Source of the DNA: Sphaerodactylus townsendi
Lineage: Eukaryota
DNA: 64,000 bases
Reading direction: 5' to 3'
Assembly (NCBI RefSeq): GCF_021028975.2
Contig: NC_059431.1
Span: 81,344,001-81,408,000 of the forward strand
The translations under genes were made by a program, and so were the position numbers. The first letter of the stretch is position 1, and the number at the start of each line of letters is the position of its first letter. Below, in pieces: positions 1 through 13,434 of the stretch. Below the pieces are notes generated by a model. The model saw only the letters and a list, made by a program, of their open reading frames with translations, searched no databases and was not told the DNA's origin.

Positions 1-600
1 CTGTGGGAAGGGAAGACATTTAGTCTTGCTAGGGAGAATGCTCTGCAATGTATTGGATTGTTTAGTGTAATCAGATATTTGGCACTTGCATCTACTGGGG
101 AAGCTATTCCTAATATTTCTGGGGAGCATGTTCTGGGTTTGTGAGGGTACAGTAGATGCCTATCATGATCTATTAGTCTTTGTTTGATTATTTGGTAAAT
201 ATATTTTTCATCACACATTTGCAGGGTGTCCAGTGTAATTCCAATTTTGGCTATTTTGTTGTAAATGGTTTAAGTTTAAGAATTTTGGGTCCCTGAGCAG
301 AAATGAAATAAGGTTATCTTCATTAACGTTGAAGTGAATTTTCAACCAGTATTGGATCACAAGTAGCCATCCTTTGGACTCCTTTGTAGCCATCCTTTGA
401 ATTGTTGACCTGTTTCAGCACAAAGAGTCATGTAGCTGACAACATTTGGGAATGCCAAGAATTTGTCTAAGAAAGTTGGCTTGTACCTGTTTGATGTCTT
501 TGTGGAAGAAATTTATCCAAATTGGAATGCCATAGAGTAATTGTGAAACAGCTTTAGCCTGAAAAATCTGGGTGGCAGCAGGCATGTACTCCCCCCTCCC
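1..600 (-). mobile_element. Degraded non-LTR retrotransposon (RTE-X-like LINE) fragment, post-RT C-terminal region; runs off the window start
   Basis: Minus-strand peptides YMPAATQIFQAKAVSQLLYGIPIW..QVQANFLRQILGIPKC and GWLLVIQYWLKIHF match, by eye, the region after the RT domain in the copy at 34265-35225 (QLLYG..EQVQSRFLYRLLGVPHC..VWLVTFKFWL). Frameshifted. Confidence 0.75.
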
Positions 601-889
601 CCAATGGTCTCCCCTCCCCCCCAACAGTCTCCCCCTCTCCCCCTGACACCTGTTATATTTGTCCTGTGCAGAATCCACCAAAGACAGAGACTGGGTGATT
701 TCTGGGCTGTTCTAAAATCTTGTTCAGAAATCAAGCTAAAAGTCTATAACATTACAAAGAGAAGTTTTAGCTAGACAGGATATAGTGTACTCAGCTATAA
801 CAAGTCATCATTAGTGACCAAGACTTCATGAAATTTCTAATCAAATTTGATTGCATAGCTATCCAAGAAATGTGGACCCAAGACCGTTG

Positions 890-1522
890 GGGGAGACTTT
901 GCACAGGTCCCATCCTCAACATGAGTTTGGCTGTTTTATTTTTCTCAACCCAGGATTTTCAAAAATCGCTAAACCAGTGATTCTTTTGCAAGATCCCAGG
1001 TTACAGCTGCTCCTGCATGAATGGCCAGGCAGGAGACACTGTATTTCCCCCCTTCTACCTGTTCACTGTAAGTTTCATGTCATCCACCATCAGGGAGAAT
1101 CTGCCTGCCTGTCATTCTGTGCAGGTCACCCAACAGGTTGTGGGCAGATTCTCTGTGGGATTCTCTGAGGGTGCAAAGCACATTTTCTCCCCGTGGTAGT
1201 GAAACTGATCTACAGCAAGACATTCATTATTGCTCTGTCATTGCAGGGAGATCACTTTTTCTTTTCTTTTTAAAATTTTGCATGTTGCACATGAGATTAT
1301 CAGCCTGGCTGTGGGGATTCATTTCTGTATGCCCGCACAGCTACATGTGCTGCAGGAAATAAAGAAAAAGAGAAGCATTTATGTCTGAAGGCATGCAAGC
1401 AACCCAGATTGTTTTTGTGGGTTCCAATTGCTGCATGCATGGCACACATGTGAATGGGAAAAAGGAAAACAGGTTCCTTTATAACAACTGCAACCCATTA
1501 TACATTTGCTGTGCAGAATCCA
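890..1522. mobile_element. Old PIF/Harbinger-like non-autonomous element (degraded)
   Basis: Ends ..ttgcacagg and ctgtgcagaatcca resemble inverted termini. 930-1000 is similar to the reverse complement of 23810-23885. A further gtcctgtgcagaatccacc end lies at about 661-679. Confidence 0.4.
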
Positions 1523-2779
1523 CCAATCTCTCTCTCCCCCAAAACATTACCTGATACCCACCCATACAATTTACATCTGGTCAAGTTGTTGCATGCATTC
1601 CTTGGATGCAATTTCTTCAGCATTCAGGAGGAAGATTGTATGCTTATGTTCTCTCAACTCTTCTGCCCATAGAAGAGAGGAGGAGAGAAAAAGCTTTTTG
1701 TTAAATTCTATTGTGATGATTTTTCTGTCTTAGCCATTGCTGCAGTCAATGGATCTATTGCTAGGATTTTGTTCAAAGTGGCACCTTTGAGAAAAGAATG
1801 TTTATCTGCTTAAACAGCTGTTGATGTTTGTTCAAAAGGAGCTAATTGTCAGGAGCTGGGTATTTGACAGATCCCTGTTCTTGACTAAGATATTTATCAG
1901 AGCAGGAGGATAAGGTGTCATTTCTTCAGTTGAGGGGACTGAAGAAACAACGCTTTGCAGTTTAGAAGAGACAGTAGAGAAGAAACAGTTCTTTGAAATT
2001 TGAAAGAAACATAAAAGAAACAGCCAAAACCATAAGACATGTATAACCTTTCAGTAAGAACAACTAAAGTGAAACAAAATCTAGCACTCTTCCAAGTTCT
2101 CTGAAATTCTGTCAGGTTGGATTTTTTCAAAAAAAGATGTTTCAGCCCATGATCTTAAGACCTTTTGTAAGTAATCTAAGTATTATGCCAAGTAAGTTTT
2201 CATAGACAAAATGGTGCTGGCCATAGTCAGTGCCAGGTTACATCTTTAGGAGAAAGAAACCAAAATGCCAGCATCCAACTGAAAATAGTTCTTTTTTTAA
2301 TTTAAAAAAGCAGTTGTTCAAATAGCTCCCTAATTCCAAACAAAATGTACAGATCCCTTAAAGGCCTGAGGGCATAAGGAAAAAAACAATAATGATTTCT
2401 TAACAGTGCTGGAGATGAATTGTAGTTGCTGAATTGAGTAATATTACTTAGTCATAGTGCTGACCTCAGGAGCAAAGTTCGTCCCAAATTCTTTGTCCTC
2501 CACTTATAGAGAGAGCTAACAGCAGGTTGAAGGACACTTGAGATGCAGGATTTCTCTCTCTTTTTCTTACACCCTAGAGATTTGATGGGGAAAATACTGA
2601 GATACTACCCTGTCAGAATACCTTTTGACTTTCACCTGTGCTCGCTCGCTTTCTCTCTCTCTCTCCCCCTCCTTCCCATATATATTGGATTTCCCATCCT
2701 AAGGAAACTGTAGTTTCAAACTTGCAACTTCTCATGGCTTGGATAAATGCTAGGCACATAACGTGTTTAGAACAGGAGT

Positions 2780-2900
2780 GAAGCCTCCCACCAATAGCAT
2801 GGTACATCTCCAACCCAAAGGATGTTGAAACTTGGGCAAACACATAGCCAAAGATGTTCTCATTGCTTGAAATGTCTGATATGGGTATCATGGTGGCCAG
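2780..2900 (+). mobile_element. Possible ancient L1 ORF2 C-terminal (Cys-rich) remnant
   Basis: WY followed, after a frameshift, by RMLKLGQTHSQRCSHCLKCLIWVSWWP, resembling the L1 pattern WY.TP....K.....C..C.......WW. Confidence 0.3.
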
Positions 2901-5831
2901 TCTCCCCGTCCAAACCAAGACACACGTAAGATAAAAGACACGTAAGACACATGTAAAATAAAAAGAAGGTAGGCCAGTCTTTGGATTGGTCCTGAAGTCT
3001 GCAGTTGGAATGGAATTTGAAAAAGTGTAGAGTAGGGGATTTCTATCTATGTCCTTGGAACTGTGCTTGTGTTGTGGCAAAAGAACATTTTAGTAATAGC
3101 CAGAAATGCATCTATGTTTGAAGTATATATGTGTGTGTGCTGGGAAAACCTCCCTCACCCTAATCTACAAAGAAATTAATATAATTCCAAGTAACATGAA
3201 TGACGTACCAGAAAGGCACTAGCTACAAGGACACAAAACTCTAGCGATGGATTGCCTGTTATTCAAAACTCCCATTGTCTGATTTTCTTCTTTGTACCTT
3301 GTTGATCTGTAATTCAAACAACATCTATTATCTAAATGGATCATGCTTCTATTTCCATATGAAATTATGCTATGATTTGTTTGTTTCCCTTCTGAGACAA
3401 TTAACTTGAGCTTTGAAGTATTCACATTTCAAAGTGCAAAAGTGAAAATCTCCTACCAATATTCAGAAGTTCCAGATAGCAAAAGGCATGTATGTACTGA
3501 GGGGCACCCCCTGGAAATTATAATCAGGCACTGCCCTGCATTTTTCAGTACAGCATTCAGCTAATGATACTTGTGATACGATCATATTATGTTACACAAT
3601 CTACAAGTCCTAGTCTTTGAATAATTAGAGGAAAATTTTGGAAATGCAGCCTGGATACCAGTGAGGGATTATGTAAGGATTTCTTTTAATCTTCAAAAGA
3701 TCAGATAGAAAAAAAATTAATCTTTGGGCTGCTTGCAGTTAACCTTACATAAAATATTAAACTGACTTTTATTTTCCTGGCTTTTACTAAAAATAGAAAA
3801 GGATCTTAATAAAAGCAAGTGTTTCAAAACATGCTATGGCCCACATTCCTGCAACAATCAAAAGGAAGCTTGTAAAAGAAAATGTTCTGCTGCTGAGCTG
3901 AATCGGCAGCTTTCAAATGGTAGGGCTAGATTCTTCTCTGCAGGAACAGTATCCAATACAGATTAAAACATCATTGATTTCCCTGCAGGATATCACGGAA
4001 TCCGCAACGATTCTTCCTACAGGGAATTTCACTCATCAGTGGTCACCATGCTACATCAGAATGAAGTTCTCATTCTATGCCCTTTAATTAAGCCTAATTT
4101 TATATGTTAAGAAACATACTTTAATGGTTCTTTTTTTTAATCAGCCCTTTGCTGTACCTTTTAACCATTATTAGACTCACTTAATGGTGTGCTTGTAGAA
4201 GAGCCAAAGATAACACCGATGGGTCAGCAAAAGGAAATGGAAAGGAAATGCACATTATTATATACTGCAAATGAAATGATCAGGTCTTAGTGAAAGACTT
4301 TCAGAAGGTGGTTCTTAAGATAGCAACCCCCCCCCCCTTTAAGCATATGGAGATTAAACAAATGAAAACCTGCTGCAGCTGCTGTTTCTTCCTCTCCACC
4401 TCTCATTCTGCTAGAACATTTTCTTATTTAACCACATACTTATTTAACCGCACACTTGGGAATCCACCAAGAAAAGCTTAACACTCTCAGGGAGTGATGT
4501 AATCTTGGAAGCCACCACATAGACAAACAGGTAATATGTTCTTATAGCAACATCAAACAAGAGTCCTCTGCTGCTTCTGCCACCTAGGAATAGTCAGATG
4601 GCCATCCACTGAATTCACAAGCTCAGCTACAAGTTGATAGCACAAGGTTGATGGTACATATTTGCCTTGGGATGCCTCTGCATTGCATCCACACTTATCT
4701 GGAACTACATTGTTCATGGGATAACTGAGGTGGCTTTCCCAACAGTCTGTTCTTTAAGATAACTTCTTGGAACAAATAAGCTACTGGCCATTCACATCAT
4801 ATTGGTCTGTGGACAACTCATGCTATAAATTTAACATTTCTGGAAGAAGCACCAATACATTAAAAATTAGATGGAAAATAGATTCATCTGAAGAACCTAC
4901 CATGTCTTGTAAATAGAAGATAAAGCAAAGGGTTTCAGGATTACAAGTTTCAAATCCATTGTCAATAAATATCTGTTCAGAAAATAATCCCCATAACTGT
5001 TCTTTTACATGTAGATGGATGAGGAACAGATTTTAACTTCACACACACTTTTTTCTATACCCTTCCCATCCCACTTCCCACCCCAGGCTGGCTGTGTGCA
5101 GTAAACAATGCCCAGTGGGCACGTGGGAAATGGAAATATTCCAGAAAAAAAGTTGCCCTTTTCCCCAGAGGTCATAAATGAAAACCTTGCTAAGTTTTGG
5201 AGCAATAGACTCAGAACTCTCTTTCAGAAAGATGAAGGACATCGATTGTAAAACAGTATTCTAATAATATTGCTACAGCTAATTCAGGCTGCTGCAAACC
5301 TCCTAACTCCAAGATTTTAGAGTAGCATTAGCAGTGATGCTAGCAAGGCTACAGTGACTGGATAACTAAACAAAAAAACACATTTAAGATTTGCTGGTTT
5401 TAAAGTATTTTGCAAAGGTTTGGTTTTAAAGCATGTCGCAAAATGCCTCTGTAGGTGTTTGGGCCAATCTGAAAGTTTGCCAACAATATGGTTCTTGCAG
5501 CATGGTACAAAAGTCCTGACTAAAATATCACTTTTCCTCTTACTTATCTGTGATGTCTTCATATTATGTGTCAAGTAATTTGAGTTGAGAAGCTGTAGGC
5601 ATGGTAAGGGGGAACCAATAAAAGTTCTTGTTCTAGCAGGGGTCTGCTGAACTGAAATCTCAGTTCACATTGTCTTATTGATTTGACTGAAATCATTGCT
5701 GTTGTTGGCTGGCTCACTTGTCATTGGTGAGTAAACTTCAGGATCCACTTTACCTTATAGATCTCCTGTGATTTGTCTGGAACAACATTTCTATTCTTCA
5801 GGATGATGTAGGATTTTTGATCTGTAATTTA

Positions 5832-6346
5832 GGCCCTTTCCACATGGGCGGACTACGGCACCCTGGGGATGGCAAAAATGCCGTCCCCAGGGAGCTGTTC
5901 ACACAGGGGGTGCAGCTGCTTCGCAGCCACGCAGCCTGAGCAGCGCGAAGCTGCCGTTTTCCAACCTCGCTTCCCCAGCGAGGTTTTTGGAAAACGGCGG
6001 CTTGGAGCCGCTGCCGTGCGAACGGCAGCATCTCCAAGGCGCCTTCCCTCCCCCCATGTCCGGGTGACCTACCTGTCCTGCGGCCCTCCAGCACGTCGCC
6101 GAGGCCTGGGGACACGCCCCCTCTGCCCTGTGACTCTGGAGTGGTCGCGCAGGGCAGGGGGCCGTGTCCCCTGGCCTCAGCAACGTGCCGGAGGGCCACA
6201 GGACAGGTAGGTCGGCCTGATGACGGCGCAACTCTGCGCCGTCATCCCAGGAGGTTCTGGGACCGTTCATGCAAACGGTCCCAGAAGGGTTGGGTCGGCG
6301 TCATCTACACCGACCCGACCCCTTCTGCCGCCGTGCGGAAACGGCC
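5832..6346. mobile_element. GC/CpG-rich PIF/Harbinger-like MITE (copy 1)
   Basis: Termini ggccctttccacatgg ... ccgtgcggaaacggcc. Collinear with the copy at 17115-17631. Internal palindrome gacctacctgtcc(6066)...ggacaggtaggtc(6213). TSD not intact (tta/tgc). Confidence 0.8.
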
Positions 6347-7156
6347 TGCGATTGAATGACAGGGTCATCTCTGTACCAAGATATTTTGGTTTTGGAGTAT
6401 TTTGAACTTAGTCTATCTTGGGAATATTATTTCAATTTATGTTGTCTCTTCTATTAGCTACATAAATATATTTGTTTTACATTGAGCAACATATGCAAGT
6501 GGAAAATAACTCTGCACACACTTAAACGAAAGGCTTGGTAGGGACTTAAAGGGGCAAAAGGTAATCCTAGATACCTGAATCCTAGATACCTTGGTTCTAA
6601 CACAAGAGTTACATTTGTGGTTGGTTTCCATTTGATATTTGGATCTTGCTGGTGTGAGGGTGATCAGAGAGAATGTTTGCCTGGGAATCTATGGGAGGTG
6701 GGGGGGGGGACTCTCTACAGCCCTGATGCTTATTATTGCACTTTCTACTTAGATTTTCCAGCAATTTGGAGACTAACAGAGAGATGAGGGATGGGGAACT
6801 TTCACTGGAGTTCTTGGTCACATTATTGATCAATGAAAACCTGCCACATTGCTATAAAATCTCAATATTTTCTTCTTTGGACTGTTTGTTTCCCTCTTTT
6901 GCCCTCCCTCCAGAGGCAGGTAGATGAGACACTTTAACTAGTAAATAAAAGGATTGAGATGCATACTGTGTGCATATGTGAATGTATGCCCAAACAGCAT
7001 CTCCCATCTTCTGTTCTGCTTGTTGTCAGGAGAAGCAGACCAAGTAGATTATCTGCACACATTCCTAATTAGTTTACCCAGGATTCTTCTGTTTCCCAGC
7101 ATCCCACTGCCAGTAAGAAGTTCTCTAATTTTAGCTGTGGCATCCCATGAATTCTC

Positions 7157-7177
7157 CCCCCCCCCCCCCCCCCCCCC
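7157..7177. repeat. poly(C) tract
   Basis: About 21 consecutive C. Confidence 0.95.
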
Positions 7178-8204
7178 GCACACACTTAATACTCACAAGC
7201 GTATCTAACTGTCCAATGAAAAATAACACTCAAATCTTTGGCTGTAGTCTGCTAGATTATAATAGTTTGAATAAAATTAAGGCATTTCATATATTTAAAT
7301 TTTAGAAATTATACCGTTGTGAGCTCGCTGATTACTGTGAATGGGTTTATCACTATGATTTTGCCTCAAAGTGATGTCTGATTAGAGTCCAGAATTTGAC
7401 AAAAGAATGTTAAATGGTTTTTAATAGCTATGGACACCCTGAATAGACAATCTACCTGTAGGACTGGGGTCTAAAACAATGATTGGCAGATGGCAAGAAA
7501 CAGTCATTTCCCCCAACTGGATTGGGCAGAAAGTGTGGGAAAGTTTGAGCAAAAGCCCCCCTGAAAGTTTGTAGTTTGAGTTAGTGGAAACTAGAAATCT
7601 GTCTTTAGAGGCTGCACAAATTGCTGTCTAGAGGATTGTCTGTCTGTAATGAGAGAGCCTATTTTGCCTCCAGTTCTGCTCTGTAGATCTAGCAGACACT
7701 TTAGGTGGCATAAGAGATGTTCTCGCTTCTAAAGGAAGGGAAAGCTGGTAGTGCTCCATGGAAATGGAGATCATGTCATAGTACTAAACAGAATAACTTG
7801 TGCTAACCAACAGAGAAATCGTAAGCAAGTTTACTCAGAATCTTACCTGGCTCTATTCAATAGAGTTTACTCCTAGCCATATAACTTTAGGGCTTGTACA
7901 GTAAATTATATAAATCCAACTCAGGTTCTTAAGTAGAAAAGTAAGTTTAGGCATGAGAGAAATGTAAGATTTTCAAATATTTCAATTTTTCCCCAAATTT
8001 TCTATCTTTTCCCACATATGCTTAAGAGAAAAGGCATATTTTCCTATGTCTTCCAAGTATTCTGAAATTATATATCCCCATGTGGTATGAATGGAAAAAA
8101 CATGATATTAGAGGTTCTCCCTGATCCTTTAATACAGCCACTGCTTTCCAATGGAGGCTAAATTGAAGACAGATCCATCTTGCAAATTGACATGTTCAGG
8201 AATG

Positions 8205-8206
<2 letters not shown>

Positions 8207-8274
<68 letters not shown>
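8207..8274. repeat. Compound microsatellite (CT)n(GT)n(AT)n
   Basis: Read directly from the sequence. Confidence 0.95.
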
Positions 8275-9876
8275 ATAAAACAGTAAAAACAGCCATTACA
8301 ATAATACAATATAAACAATAATAGCTGCAACAGATGGCAAAAACCCACCCCCTTTTGTACCCATATGCACTACAAGTGGTGCTAGAAGGTATAAATGAGC
8401 CTAATTTTCCTACATGGTGAAGCTGGGCTGAAGGCACATCTAAATGGTGTCAAGTCAGGAGTTGGCTTAAGATGGCTATCCATTTACATTTCTATGTTGA
8501 TGAAACTGTAGCAGTAAAATATGATCCTCTTTAATGAAGTACATATGTTTTTGCCAACATGGAGGCATTTCTATTTGTCTTACAGCCCTCCCCTCTTCTA
8601 CTGGATATTGTTTTTGCAATTTGTTATTTAGGGAACTTGGCAAATGGAAAACCATTTCCATCTCCCCCCTTCCTTTTATTTAGATATGCCTGTTACAGGG
8701 CTTGTTCTAGTATCCTGTTACATGTGTTTGTCTAACAAGAAAAGTCACATTACTATAAATAAACGACAGAGAAATGTATTATGCAACCACTGATCAGTTA
8801 TATTACTTTACTTTCTAAGAAGGCAAAAGTGTATCCAAAACCCCTATTTAATGTACCCATGACACACTTCACTCTGAACATTTCTCTAGTCTAGGGGTAT
8901 CACCTAGGACCATTTGAACTGTACTAACCTGATTACCAATGTGCCTTCACTAATTCCCAGATGTCTTCAGAGCAAGATACTATGGGTCAACTGCACATTA
9001 AACTTTTTTTAGCAATGACCCACAGTAAACTAGCAGTGTAGACAAGTGACAGAAAGGCCAGATAAATAAGGTTCAGTGCACAGGAAATATCTGCAATATG
9101 GAGACGACTTAGTTGCCCTCTGAGAAAGTCTGATGGCCATTTACACAAACCACTATGGTGCAATGGCTCACTGAGCAATTCTGGAAACTTTTCATACATC
9201 CACGAACCATCTTAAAAATAGCAAGGGATTATAAATAATATGAAACAATTTATTTGATATACCTGCTATTTGAAGTTGGAGGACATTTAGGGAGCAGAAA
9301 AGAATGAACAAAACCAACGGGGAAAGGGAGTGTTTAAAAAAGGCTAAGCATAAGCAATATCTTACAAAAGAACAGACAAAAATGGTTAAAATATACAAAA
9401 TAATCATACAGAAAGAGAAAACTGGCAAGGAGGAGTTTAATTCCATCATATTATTTTTGGGAATCTGCAGGTATAGAATTTACAAGTTCCCCAAATCTGT
9501 CAGTAAAGACTGCTCATCAGCATCTGTGCCTCCAATTTGCATAAGTAATTGGCAAGTGATTAGGAACACACACTGACAAAAACAAGCCCAGCGTGTAACA
9601 GAAGAGGGATAATTTTCATGGTTCAAATGATCCTGAAACTGAAAAAAATATGCAAGAAAACAAGAATGCACATTAAAAGATAACAAAGAATCCTGTGGCT
9701 ACTTAGGAACTAATGATTTCTTTGTGGCAAAGTTTCTATGGACTAGAGCCTTGTTCATGAGAATCATGATGCATGAGCTGTCATATAATTAAATATATGT
9801 ATGCACAGACATACCTACCAGCTTCACTCTTGTATATATGGCTCAAACAATAAATACTACTTGACTTGACTACAAG

Positions 9877-9879
<3 letters not shown>

Positions 9880-9910
<31 letters not shown>

Positions 9911-9940
9911 ATGCGTGTATGCGTGTGTGTGCGAGCGCGA
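9880..9940. repeat. (TG)n microsatellite with degenerate extension
   Basis: Read directly from the sequence. Confidence 0.95.
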
Positions 9941-10194
9941 GCTAAATCCTGAGGCCATGAGACTGTGGAAAAGAAAGGAGCCTAGGTGAAAGATAGATGG
10001 GAATAGAAGAGGGCATTGAGGGAGGTCTGAAGAAGCGAGGTCCAGCACCAGCACAGATTGCAGGAAAACGATGTCAAGCACAGTGGAGCAAAGTCCAAGG
10101 GTGGAACAAGATCCAAGGGTAAGTCACCTTTGATTCGGGTCAGTGGGAGAGAGAGTTCAGAGAGAGAGTTCAGAGATAACTCAGCCAGCAGGTT

Positions 10195-10899
10195 TCATGT
10201 GCAGGAGTGGGGAAACTTTTGGGGCCCCTAAAATTGAACTCCCAGAAGCAAAGTTCACCAAGCCTGGATGCTATTGCCAGGAGGGCCTCTTGGATCCACC
10301 TTGAAAGTCTGGTGCCTCTATCTTCAAAAATGTGCAGCCTGCTTACTCACTCAGAAATTCCCCATTGGCTACAATGGAGCCAAGGGACTGCAAAGCAGAG
10401 AATCTGGGCAAATTTCTTGGGGTGCCTGTCAGAAGTTCATTTTTAAAGCTAGTGGCACCAAACTTTTAGGGTATCACCCAGAGACTGTTTTGATGGTACC
10501 ACCCAAGTTTGGTGAAGTTAGGTTCAGTGGGGCCAGAGTTATGGACCCTCAAAAAGGTAGCTCCCATCTTCTGTTAGCTCCCATTGGAAACAATGGGGAA
10601 TGAGGTCACCCCCTTTGAGGGTCCATAATTTTGGGCCCCCTGGGCCAAACTCTAGTGGATTTATCAAGACAGTCTCCGGATAATTCCCTGATATTCTGGT
10701 GTTGCTAGCTTTAAAAATGCACCCCCTGCCGGCCAAAACGTGAAAACACCAAAAATACAAAGAAAGGCCGAATACCTTGCATTTGGACTCGTTCATATTC
10801 AGGCAGGACATATTCAGATGATTTTTGCCTGAATATGCCCAAACTCATGCAGATTTGGTCCAAATCTGGTATCTGTTTTACCTGAATCTCCAAGCCTAG
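10195..10899. mobile_element. Non-autonomous DNA transposon fragment (hAT-like modular repeat family)
   Basis: Shares the modules ccaagtttggtgaagttaggttcag..gttatggaccctcaaaa and ttagctcccattggaaacaatgggg with 39341-40427. Right end ...gaatctccaagcctag. Confidence 0.7.
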
Positions 10900-11221
10900 A
10901 AATGAGTAGATTGATGTCATTGATAGCAGTAGGCAACAAACCTCAGAAATCACATCTGTTTACTTACTCATTTTCACAGATTTCCAGAAAGCAATTGCTA
11001 CTTCATGCAATGACAAAATATGATTTCACTTAGGATGAATAGGAAGCCCAGTAATAATTCTTTACAAAACACCTTTCTTTAAAATGTGAAGGGATCCTGG
11101 CACATCGAAAAATCTTCTCCATGCCCCAGCTACAGATCAATTTATTCCAACTATTCTCTCCCAAAATCATTTGGGCCTTCTATGTGTATTGAAGGCATTT
11201 ACAGTTTTGCAGAAACAATGA

Positions 11222-11297
11222 ATTTTCAAAGGCTTTCATGGCTGAAATCAACTGGCTGTTGTGGATTTGCTTGGCTGTGTGGCCCTGGCCTAGTAGT
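11222..11297 (-). mobile_element. Penelope-like element terminal fragment
   Basis: tcaaaggctttcatggctgaaatcaactgg...ggctgtgtggcc is the reverse complement of the tail of the 18106-18311 element (ccagtgattccggccatgaaagcctttga). Confidence 0.6.
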
Positions 11298-12059
11298 TGT
11301 TGTCATCTTGTAATTATTATCAGAAATCTAGGATTGATATGAATGCTCCATTTCTGAATAAGGAATCAGTGAGCTCAAAAGTACAGCTAGTTATCCTTCT
11401 TGCTGAGAAAAATGTAGCAATGAAGCCATCATTGCATTGTCCTGGATGGGAAAATAGCTGTTCGTCAGAGTTCTAAGATTTGCTGTTCTGTTCTAAAAAT
11501 GTGTTGTAAAGGTACAATAAAGATTCTTATTCAAAAATATGTCTTGATGATTTGAATAAGAGATATATTTTAAGCTGCTTCTAGATTTATTTTGTTTTAT
11601 TCTGTGCTGTTTTGAACTCTAGGTTTTAATATGTTTTGTGATGTTTTATGTTTTAATTATTATTTATTTTGCAATATGTCTCAGACATGTTCCCTGGAGA
11701 GGCAATTTAGACATTTTCCAACAAAATATATACTCAGGACTACAGTCATTAAAAATTGTTTCATTGAATATGTTTAATGGCAAATAGTTGATATCTGTTT
11801 GTTTGTTTGTTTGTTTTGGGCTGTTTGGTGCATCTTGACCAGTATTTCAATTTTCAGCACATCTTAAAAATGCACAATATGGTGCACCAGCATTGGAGCT
11901 TCAAGTGCCACTGGTTTACAGATCCAAATAATCCTTTCAGTAGGATCATAAGTTCACTTCTTTCTATAAACCCTTATAGTTAGGGATGACTTAAATATAT
12001 TGAGCAAGAATTTGCAAAATGTAGTGTAGTTTTTACATGAAATGCAGAACTAATATGGT

Positions 12060-12520
12060 ATGTGTGAAAGCGGTCATATTCACTAACTAGGAACATACTG
12101 ATTTACAACCCTTTTCACATTATCTAGAATGAATGAACATGGGAGGAGAATGGGAACATGGCAGATTACTCCATCCATACCAACAAATTCTACTGAAGAT
12201 TGATACAGAACATATGAATATTCTACTGTATATGTTATGGATAGAACTTTCTCTAGCCAGGAGCTCTGAAAACCAGAGTTCACAGTAAAATGGAGGAGAA
12301 AACCTAAGAAAGCATATAATCCTACAATTCAGTTCTGATCTCCAAAAGAATGTGCATAGTTCAAAGGTGAAGTATGCTACTAGGATCCAGCTCCTCACTC
12401 TGCTTTGCACTCTCGATAAACAGGGTCTACAAATGACTTGCATCTTCTTCCATTGGGATAGGAAGTTTACATTGGTGGAGGTGTCAGTATGCCAGTATCT
12501 GATTAGTCCAACCAATACAG
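12060..12520 (+). mobile_element. Possible ancient L1 ORF2 C-terminal remnant
   Basis: GIGSLHWWRC resembles L1 GTL.H.WW.C. A-rich plus strand with many stops and frameshifts. Confidence 0.3.
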
Positions 12521-12992
12521 TCAAATTCTATTCAGTAACAAATGCTAGGGTATGAAAAGTTAGTAAATGCAGCAAGGCTTTGCCCACATCCCACTTTATT
12601 GTGCCCATGAGTCAACTGGTTTTCTGCTTAATCTATCCTTCCAGCTCCACTTCTGAGTGTTATTTTCTTCATTGTCATTTGTGCTTGACAAGGGGTGGAG
12701 GGGATATTCTTTTAAAAAATTAATTAAAAATAATTGGTAGTCTTTTGGCTGTGATTAGACTGAGATTTTCTGCCACAGACATGAATGCACTGTTTGTCAT
12801 GCCTACACACTCCCCTTGCTCACCTCTATCTTTTCTCCTTTTATGCAGAACACAAAGTTTTCAGGTTTGATAAGCCTCAGAAGTTTGCTCATTCTAGACA
12901 AGATAGGATTTTAAACCTGAGATTAAAGGAAGATTGAGAATACTGATTTGTGAGAGCAAACAAACTCCAGTTCATGTAAATGCCTGTTGTTG

Positions 12993-13280
12993 GAAGAAGA
13001 AGAAGAAGAAGAAGAAGGAGGAGGAGGAGGAGGAGGAGGAGGAGGAGGAGGTTGGATTTATACCTAGTTTCTTTCCTGCAAGGAGTCTCAAAGTTGCTTG
13101 CAAACTCCTTCCCTTCTTCTGCTCACAACTGACACCTCATGAAGTAAGTGGGGCTGAGAGAATTCTCAGAGAACTGTGACTAGCTCAAGGTCACCCAGCA
13201 GGTTTCATATGGAGGAGTAAAGAATCAAACATGGCTCTCCAAATTAGAGTCCACCTGCTCTTAACCACTATACCACACTG
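12993..13280 (-). mobile_element. tRNA-derived CORE-SINE, Squam3-like, with (CTT)n/(CCT)n tail
   Basis: The minus strand starts cagtgtggtatagtggttaagagc (A box) and contains gggtgaccttgagctagtcacag and ctcagccccacttac. The tail appears as (GAA)n(GGA)n on plus, 12993-13051. Collinear with 42913-43215. Confidence 0.85.
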
Positions 13281-13434
13281 ATCAGCTATTTGCTTCAAGA
13301 AAGGTGGTAAGGATGTTTTATTTAACTTAATTGTATACCTAATATCCTTCGATTCTCCCCAAATAAAATAAAAGGAGCTCAGTTTGGGCAAAAAGCAGGG
13401 GTGGAGGAGAAAATAAGGGGAAGAAAATCTCAAG

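Noticed and set aside
1847-2242. LTR-like segments here and at about 7320-7800 and 41316-41520
   Set aside because: Composition is suggestive, but I could not find matching TG..CA ends with a TSD.
5798-6405. Overlapping 60-150 aa GC-rich ORFs here and at 13339-14146, 17081-17680, 38996-40828 and 59944-60566
   Set aside because: They lie inside palindromic GC-rich MITEs. Stop-codon scarcity explains them and no protein domain is recognisable.
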